Shown in pieces: positions 1 to 5,511 of a DNA stretch of 10,625 bases. The stretch comes from Candidatus Thorarchaeota archaeon (GTDB taxonomy: Archaea; Asgardarchaeota; Thorarchaeia; Thorarchaeales; Thorarchaeaceae): contig JBHLRQ010000106.1 of NCBI GenBank assembly GCA_048882385.1, positions 1 through 10,625 of the forward strand, given 5' to 3'. Both the position numbers and the translations under genes were made by a program. Positions within the stretch are counted from its first letter, which is position 1, and each line of letters starts with the position of its first letter. The notes below the pieces were generated by a model. The model searched no databases and had not been told where the DNA came from. It was given only the letters and a program-made list of their open reading frames with translations.

Positions 1-679
1 AGTAGACAGAAGAATTTCATCAAGTATTTTCTCTGCATTACTTGCTTACATGGCAATGATTCCGATTTCGTTCCTTCTACCCTTTTATCTTCAAGAAGCG
101 CTTGGATTCAATCAATCAATGACAGGTATTTTCCTTATGATCCATCCGATTATGATCTCAGTAACTGGTCCGGCAGCAGGATTCGTATCAGAGAGAGTCC
201 GTGCAAAAATTCAGACTGTTGTTGGTCTAGTGATTCAATTTGGGGGACTTGCAATAATTGCACTGGCTATTCCAGATGTGTTATTGATGGCTTTTGGAGT
301 TGCAGTAATGGGAACTGGATTATCGTTCTTCAGTGTCGCAAATGGAAACTTCATTATGACTGCAGCGCCAAAGAAGTATATGGGGGTCGTAAGTGCTTTG
401 ACTAATATATCTCGAACTACTGGGTTTTCGATAGCTACAGCACTGGTCACAACTATCTTTGGGATGTTCTTCCTAATTACAAATCCTGGTGGATTCACAT
501 CGGGCCCGATCTTTTCTGCAGGCTATGGCGAGGCAGTTGAGATGACAATCTGGGTATTCTCATTTCTTTGTATCGTTGCGGCAATGATTTCGTCACTAAG
601 GGGCACAAACATGGTTGAAGACGAACGAATCAACAATCAAAGATCTAAGGTTGCTATAGATCAAACTCATCAGCTATGA
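1..679 (+). CDS. MFS transporter, DHA2 (EmrB/QacA-like) type, C-terminal half; 5'-truncated by the window edge
   Basis: The frame is open from position 2 (VDRRISSSIFSALLAYM...), so the ATG at 50 is internal. About 6-7 hydrophobic helices, with DHA2-like motifs LLPFYLQEALGF..TG..P, GPAAGFVSERV (motif A-like repeat) and APKKYMGVVSALTNISRTTG. The 3' end overlaps the convergent gene by 26 bp. Confidence 0.88.
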   Translation, partial: VDRRISSSIFSALLAYMAMIPISFLLPFYLQEALGFNQSMTGIFLMIHPIMISVTGPAAGFVSERVRAKIQTVVGLVIQFGGLAIIALAIPDVLLMAFGVAVMGTGLSFFSVANGNFIMTAAPKKYMGVVSALTNISRTTGFSIATALVTTIFGMFFLITNPGGFTSGPIFSAGYGEAVEMTIWVFSFLCIVAAMISSLRGTNMVEDERINNQRSKVAIDQTHQL

Positions 680-1985
680 AAAGGACCCTTCTCCGAAAGT
701 CAGGATGATCCATTGTGTGAAGGCTAACTCCAACTTCTTGATCAAACAACATCTTCCTCGGATTCTCTCTAAGGAGTTTGAGGAGGTCGTCAAGCTCTTC
801 TTTTGAGAGTCGTCGATCTTTGTCGTAATCGACCTTACGCCAATCGATTGTCTGAATTTCCTTTACTGATTCAGATTCGTTCTTCTTTTCTTCTCGTTTC
901 TGACGAAGGGATTTGACTGCTGGTTCGACAGATCTCTGAATTTGATCATCAGTGAGTTCTATACCGTATACATTTCTCATGTGTTTGAGGCGGGTTGAAA
1001 GGAAGACATTGGGTGCCATCTCGCGAGCATTGACCTCATCAATTCCATCAAGGGGATACTGTGTTATCATTCTTAGAAGTTCAGCTCTTGTTATTGGGCC
1101 AGATCGTTCGGGATTCAATGATTCCAGCCAATTAATTTCTTCAAACAACACTGTGATGGCTTCAACTCGCTGACCCAGACGAATCAGTGCATTGATTGTC
1201 GCTTCATGCCCAAGAACTGAAGCTGCGTGATAATCGCCAAGAAGTTCCGCAGCCCGGGATCCCTTCTGCATGAAGTATTTAGAAACCGAAGCTATTATCC
1301 TTGAAAGCAGAAAGAATCCAATCAAGGCAAGAAATCTGAGGCCTACCAGGAAAATATCTCTATCAATGAGGATTGAGTTAACAATACCAAGTCCTAGCCG
1401 AAGATAGACATAGAGGTATATGAGGTCTATAAAAAATGATGGCATACGAGTGAATATTTGTACTATTGAATCTCGGTTCTTGATGTGACCGAGTTCGTGC
1501 GTGATGATTGCTTTTACCTCTTCCTCATTTAGAACTTCCATTGTGTTGCTATGTACAACCACTACTGAGCCAAAGAAGGGAAGGTTGAATGTGAATGCAT
1601 TTGGAAGAGGTGAGTTCATGAGATATACCTTGTCAACAATGACTCCACTCTTCTCTGCAAGTTCTCGTGTCCAAGCAACAATACTATCTCGAGAGTACCG
1701 ACACTTCCACACTGTCCCTTCATCATAGTTGGGAGTTAGCTCTATCAGGTCTTCTTTTCGAAGTGTCTGATACGCCATGTAGTAAATCATCACAATCTGC
1801 ATAATTACAATTGCTAAGAACAGAGAAATCGAGGTCAATGGATGAGACCGTGAGAAATCAATCCCCACTACAAGGGGTGTGGTGTCATCAAGATAGAGTA
1901 TTGATACAAATAGAATCTGGATGAAATCTACAATCAAGAAAGCATAGATAGCCAGCAGCTTCTCTCGTTTGACTTCTTCAACCAT
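654..1985 (-). CDS. M48 family (HtpX/Ste24-like) membrane zinc metalloprotease with EF-hand-like insertion
   Basis: Two N-terminal TM helices, PNAF motif, LNEEEVKAIITHELGHIKNRD (HExxH, aa 163-167, nt 1485-1499), two further TM helices, SRAAELLGD (third Zn ligand E247) and C-terminal HPDFRRRV (H427). GAGGT ribosome site upstream of the ATG. Confidence 0.92.
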   Translation of the reverse strand: MVEEVKREKLLAIYAFLIVDFIQILFVSILYLDDTTPLVVGIDFSRSHPLTSISLFLAIVIMQIVMIYYMAYQTLRKEDLIELTPNYDEGTVWKCRYSRDSIVAWTRELAEKSGVIVDKVYLMNSPLPNAFTFNLPFFGSVVVVHSNTMEVLNEEEVKAIITHELGHIKNRDSIVQIFTRMPSFFIDLIYLYVYLRLGLGIVNSILIDRDIFLVGLRFLALIGFFLLSRIIASVSKYFMQKGSRAAELLGDYHAASVLGHEATINALIRLGQRVEAITVLFEEINWLESLNPERSGPITRAELLRMITQYPLDGIDEVNAREMAPNVFLSTRLKHMRNVYGIELTDDQIQRSVEPAVKSLRQKREEKKNESESVKEIQTIDWRKVDYDKDRRLSKEELDDLLKLLRENPRKMLFDQEVGVSLHTMDHPDFRRRVLFIADEFDL

Positions 1986-2047
1986 GACTCAACCTCAGTG
2001 AACAAAAATCTGAAGGGGATTTGAAGTATGTGGTCTAGCATTCAAAA

Positions 2048-2581
2048 TTAAGATAGATGTCTAAGACGTCGTGATTCTGCAGCAGCATAATGGAAAAGCT
2101 CACTGACATTCATACCAGTTTTTGCAGACGTGGTGAAGAACTTTAAGGTTAATAGATCAGCTAGAAGTCTTCCTTCTTGTTCAGTGACCTCAGATTGATC
2201 AGCCATATCGGACTTGTTTGCAACAAGCGATCCACCAAGAAAGTCTTCCCGCTGAATACATATTTTCTCAGTCAATGCCTGGTGTAAATCTGTAATCCTC
2301 TCGAAGGAAGATCGTACTGTAACATCATAGACCATGATTAGATGATGTGCACCTTGATAGAATTGGTTTCTTAGCCCAGCAAAAGTTTCTTGTCCACCAA
2401 TATCAGCAATTGTGAGGACCACTCGACCTTCCGGAAACTCAAAAGTCGCAGCGCTAAGATCCACAGCAATTGTGGCTGTGTGTGTTTCTCTGAACTCATC
2501 ATTCTGATATCTTCGAACTAGACTTGTCTTACCTACATTTGGAGGTCCTACAATTAACGCCTTGTAGAGTTCAACAGCCAA
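2048..2581 (-). CDS. Rab/Ras-superfamily small GTPase (Rab-like), about 177 aa
   Basis: All five G boxes are present: G1 GPPNVGKT, G2 Thr (ATI), G3 DIGGQ, G4 NKSD, G5 SAK. The start is probably TTG at 2581, because the ORF-track GTG (2590) lies inside a GGTGA ribosome site (2591-2587) 5 nt upstream of that TTG. Confidence 0.93.
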   Translation of the reverse strand: MAVELYKALIVGPPNVGKTSLVRRYQNDEFRETHTATIAVDLSAATFEFPEGRVVLTIADIGGQETFAGLRNQFYQGAHHLIMVYDVTVRSSFERITDLHQALTEKICIQREDFLGGSLVANKSDMADQSEVTEQEGRLLADLLTLKFFTTSAKTGMNVSELFHYAAAESRRLRHLS

Positions 2582-2594
2582 GTAAATCACCGGT

Positions 2595-2624
2595 CCCAGA
2601 TGACAATTGCGAATTGTCTTTGGG
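2595..2624. promoter_or_regulatory. Inverted repeat just upstream of the GTPase ribosome site (operator or 5'-UTR hairpin candidate)
   Basis: GACAATT-GCG-AATTGTC (2602-2618) is a perfect 7-bp dyad, extendable with CCCAGA/TTTGGG across a 1-nt bulge. Confidence 0.4.
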
Positions 2625-2662
2625 TCTTATCAGGATTATGTGTCTAGCTTGCGTTTACCTAT

Positions 2663-2675
2663 CGAAGCTTTTAGA
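2663..2675 (+). promoter_or_regulatory. Putative archaeal BRE/TATA promoter of the thioredoxin gene (likely leaderless transcript)
   Basis: CGAAGC-TTTTAGA ends about 25 nt before ATG 2700. There is no strong Shine-Dalgarno site. A near-identical motif lies at 4505-4517. Confidence 0.45.
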
Positions 2676-2699
2676 AGGATGCGAATACGTGATTAGCTC

Positions 2700-3164
2700 A
2701 TGGTCGACTTCAACGACATACGGTCAAGAACAACCAATGTCAGAGGATACATTGAGGAACTTAGGGGCAAAGACAAGGACATAATGCTTGACACCTACAA
2801 TGAGTACAAGTTGGATAACAGCGTGGTCGACGGATTGAAAGATCTCGGAAAACTGATTGTTGTAGCATTTAGTGCTGCTTGGTGTGGAGACTGTAAGCGC
2901 GCTATGCCAGTCATGTTGCACCTCGAAGAGATACTTGATTGGGAGATCCTGGTCTTTAGCAAAATCAAAACAGCACCGCTCAATCCAGATGTGCAGTGGG
3001 CAGTCCCTCCCTCACCACCGGAAGTCAATGAGTGGGGAGTAACTGCTATTCCCACATTTGTGTTCTTTGATTCAGATGGTAATGAGTTGGGAAAACTTAT
3101 TGAAAAACAGCAAATCAAGAACACACTTGAGGCAGAAATCCTTCACATACTCAAGAATAAATAG
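2700..3164 (+). CDS. Thioredoxin-family protein (WCGDC active site, Thioredoxin_9-like)
   Basis: IVVAFSAAWCGDCKRAMP active site, cis-Pro strand GVTAIPTFVFFDSDGNELG, and an N-terminal extension of about 50 aa. Confidence 0.92.
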   Translation: MVDFNDIRSRTTNVRGYIEELRGKDKDIMLDTYNEYKLDNSVVDGLKDLGKLIVVAFSAAWCGDCKRAMPVMLHLEEILDWEILVFSKIKTAPLNPDVQWAVPPSPPEVNEWGVTAIPTFVFFDSDGNELGKLIEKQQIKNTLEAEILHILKNK

Positions 3165-3206
3165 TACTTATTGTAAATGCAAATTGTATCTTAGGAGGAA
3201 AATGCG

Positions 3207-4469
3207 ATGGAAATTCCAGTTCTAACTCGTTTCATAAATGGTCTAAAATTATTCTTTGAATCTAAGAGACTGAGATGGTTCTTTTTCATTTTCATTCTCT
3301 CAGCTATCTTTGTACTTCTATTTAGAGAGTTAGGAAATTTCTTCCCTCTCTTCGCAGGAGGATTTATCGCAGTAATTGGGGGAATCTTTCCAACCTTCTT
3401 TATGATCACTGCATTTCTATCTCTTTTAGGACTCCAACGTTTCGTTGCTAGTGATGAATCATATAGGAGTTCTTTCGTATTCTTCATAATTTGGATTGTC
3501 ATCAGTGCTTTTGTTTATCTCATTTTATGGTTGACTGGTATGGTATTCTGGATATTGGTAGGTATTGCTTTCCTGGGTTGGATAGGATTTCAGGCATATT
3601 TGTCATCAAATACAGCAGTAAGGTATGCTGAAAGTGTTCAAATCAAGAGCCGATCACGTGTAGTTGCTTTATTATTTGGGACTCTACACGTCCTCAGCTA
3701 TATTATAGTAGTTGGAGCTTTCATTGTACTATTCTTCTGGTATACTGCTAGTACAGCTCCAATTGATTATGATTGGGGATTAGTTGTGGCTGCGTTGATT
3801 GGTTCAGTATTGGCTGTTGGATTCAACTTTTTGAACGGATTCATAATGCTCAGAGAACGCAAAAGAGTTACAGTAGATAATCTGGCCCTACTTGGTCTGT
3901 TTATAGCAGCTTATGTCGCATATTTCCTGTACAACATCCTTAAACCTGTAAGTCCAACAATTGACATATTCTCCGTTCTGATTGATGCTGGAATGTCTAT
4001 ATTCTTCATCCTCTATGCCATGAGCTCGGTTGGAATAACATTAGCAAGTCGAGCACATTTGGATACGAGATGGAAACTGTCAGGGGAGCTTGCTGCTACT
4101 ATCACCTTCTTCTTTGCATCAGGATATTTGGTTGTGCAAGCGTTATTTGGAACCCTATCAGGTGGTCTAATTGGTGAGCGAATTCCAGATGTTATCAAGT
4201 TGTTCGTGTTTCCATTTGTAGCCTTAATCGTTGAGCTGCTCTTTATTCGAAGGTCAAGAAAGATGCCGGAACCCGAAGAAGTTCCTGAAGAGATTCCAGT
4301 CCTCACAGAAGACGAACCTATGCTCTCAGAAGAAGAACCAGAACGGATTGATGAGTCAGTCGAGGAAGAAGATTCTGATATCATCCCAGAGGAGGATGGA
4401 GTCGAGGAGATTCAAGACAAATCTGACGACGAGTCGCCCTTGGAAGATGAATCTGAAGTGAGTGACTGA
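3207..4469 (+). CDS. Uncharacterised polytopic membrane protein (about 10-11 TM helices) with an acidic disordered C-terminal tail
   Basis: 420-aa ORF with GGAGG ribosome site at 3194-3198. Repeated long hydrophobic segments, then RRSRK followed by a 68-aa tail with 33 Asp/Glu. I do not recognise the family. Confidence 0.85.
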   Translation: MEIPVLTRFINGLKLFFESKRLRWFFFIFILSAIFVLLFRELGNFFPLFAGGFIAVIGGIFPTFFMITAFLSLLGLQRFVASDESYRSSFVFFIIWIVISAFVYLILWLTGMVFWILVGIAFLGWIGFQAYLSSNTAVRYAESVQIKSRSRVVALLFGTLHVLSYIIVVGAFIVLFFWYTASTAPIDYDWGLVVAALIGSVLAVGFNFLNGFIMLRERKRVTVDNLALLGLFIAAYVAYFLYNILKPVSPTIDIFSVLIDAGMSIFFILYAMSSVGITLASRAHLDTRWKLSGELAATITFFFASGYLVVQALFGTLSGGLIGERIPDVIKLFVFPFVALIVELLFIRRSRKMPEPEEVPEEIPVLTEDEPMLSEEEPERIDESVEEEDSDIIPEEDGVEEIQDKSDDESPLEDESEVSD

Positions 4470-4504
4470 AACTTAACGCTGTTATTCACTCGTTTCCTCC
4501 AATC

Positions 4505-4556
4505 CGAAGCCTTTTATCCCCTACAGCTAAGACCTTCGCGCGGATAATTGTTCCGC
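4505..4556 (+). promoter_or_regulatory. Putative BRE/TATA promoter plus downstream dyad for rubredoxin
   Basis: CGAAGCC-TTTTAT (4505-4517), followed by GCGGA-TAATTGT-TCCGC (4540-4556) at the expected transcription start distance. Confidence 0.5.
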
Positions 4557-4586
4557 ACATATTAGGAAAAAACCGGAGATACTGAC

Positions 4587-4745
4587 ATGGCTAAGTACGA
4601 ATGTATGGTATGCGGCTGGGTTTATGATGAAGATGAAGGCGATCCTGACAGCGGTATTCCTGCTGGCACAAAATTCGCAGATTTACCCGATGATTGGGTT
4701 TGCCCCATGTGTGGAGCAAGCAAAGAGGACTTCGAGCCAATCTAA
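4587..4745 (+). CDS. rub: Rubredoxin (52 aa), absent from the provided ORF track
   Basis: Manual translation gives [52 protein letters not shown]. It has two CxxCG iron knuckles and the classic GDP..GI..GT.F..LPDDW.CP.CG signature. GGAG ribosome site at 4575-4578. Confidence 0.98.
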   Translation: MAKYECMVCGWVYDEDEGDPDSGIPAGTKFADLPDDWVCPMCGASKEDFEPI

Positions 4746-4752
4746 TACCATT

Positions 4753-4873
4753 TGCTGATATAGGGTGTGATGCCCCTACTGAAGCATCAATATTTTGACT
4801 AGATTGATTCCTAGTCTAGAAGTTAATATCAAACGCAATATCCTTGTTTCAAGCAGACAAGGAGATGCTTTGA
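4753..4873. other. Three consecutive stem-loops in the convergent intergenic region after rubredoxin (terminator, 3'-UTR structure or ncRNA candidate)
   Basis: Hairpins at 4753-4786 (TGCT..TAGGG/CCCTA..AGCA), 4797-4816 (GACTAG/CTAGTC) and 4829-4873 (core TCCTTGTTT/AGACAAGGA), paired by eye. Confidence 0.4.
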
Positions 4874-4953
4874 AGACCTCTTTATACCATTTTATAGATA
4901 TAAGTGGAGTATGTCTTTGAGAAAAAAGTCATGACCATAAGATATCAATGAAA

Positions 4954-5268
4954 CTAATCAGGTGATTGAGTATAGAGAGCGGAAGTCCTACCAAGAGAGC
5001 TTTTCCGTTTAACGAAACTCTTGTTCTTGAGATTTTTTATTCGTTGTGTAATGTCTTCATGTTCTTTGGTGAGAGTATTACTTTCAACAATGAGCTTCAG
5101 GAGAGAAGAAGCATATTCTGATTCAGGTAAATGACCTTGTCGTAATTCCTGCTCTAGGTTGTACCTCTTGTTTTTCACTTCAGCTAAGGCCTTGATGATA
5201 GATCTTAATCTAATCTCCATGAATGTAAGCGATTCTGAACTATTCATGTGTCTTCCACCATCCCCCAT
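4954..5268 (-). CDS. Small hypothetical helical/coiled-coil protein (97-104 aa)
   Basis: Heptad-like amphipathic helices flank a turn, LEQELRQGHLPESEY, followed by a basic C-terminal tail. The start could be ATG 5268 (a TATAATA lies about 26-32 nt upstream) or ATG 5247. Confidence 0.7.
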   Translation of the reverse strand: MGDGGRHMNSSESLTFMEIRLRSIIKALAEVKNKRYNLEQELRQGHLPESEYASSLLKLIVESNTLTKEHEDITQRIKNLKNKSFVKRKSSLGRTSALYTQSPD

Positions 5269-5293
5269 GATACTGTACCGTCTCGACTCATCT

Positions 5294-5340
5294 TATTATA
5301 CTCCTACAGGGTGAATCCAACTATGATTATGAGTATAATA
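5294..5340. promoter_or_regulatory. 10-bp perfect inverted repeat in an AT-rich divergent promoter region
   Basis: TATTATACTC (5294-5303), 27-nt spacer, GAGTATAATA (5331-5340). Each arm reads TATAATA pointing outward toward its flanking gene. Confidence 0.5.
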
Positions 5341-5511
5341 TAATATAAAATAATTGTTGATAGTCGAAAATATCTATATATGGGTTTAATCCGAGAATTA
5401 TGTATCAGCAGACGAGTATGCTCTGTCAAAGCCGCCTAACCTCTTAGTTTCAAACGCCATGAAACAAGAAAGTTCAGAAGGGGGTTTCCGGAGTATGATT
5501 TCGCACGCAGA

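Noticed and set aside
2048-2080. GTPase as a CAAX substrate of the neighbouring Ste24-like protease
   Set aside because: The C-terminus (ESRRLRHLS) has no cysteine, so there is no CAAX, CC or CXC prenylation signal.
3207-4469. DsbD/CcdA, VKOR or cytochrome b-type electron conduit linking thioredoxin and rubredoxin
   Set aside because: The protein has no Cys and only two His, so the required redox or haem ligands are missing.
4540-4556. Resemblance to the lac operator (GCGGATAA, AATTGTT), suggesting vector contamination
   Set aside because: The match is only partial and rearranged. The flanks are native-looking promoter and rubredoxin sequence with no other vector features.
4753-4786. SECIS element implying a selenoprotein
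   Set aside because: A UGAU/UGAA quartet-like core is present, but the upper helix is short and the loop lacks the AA motif. Rubredoxin and thioredoxin use ordinary Cys codons with no in-frame UGA.
4881-4934. TATA-like tracts followed by the mini-ORF MSLRKKS (4911-4934)
   Set aside because: It is only 7 codons long, and the GGAG is too close to the ATG. It cannot be distinguished from chance.
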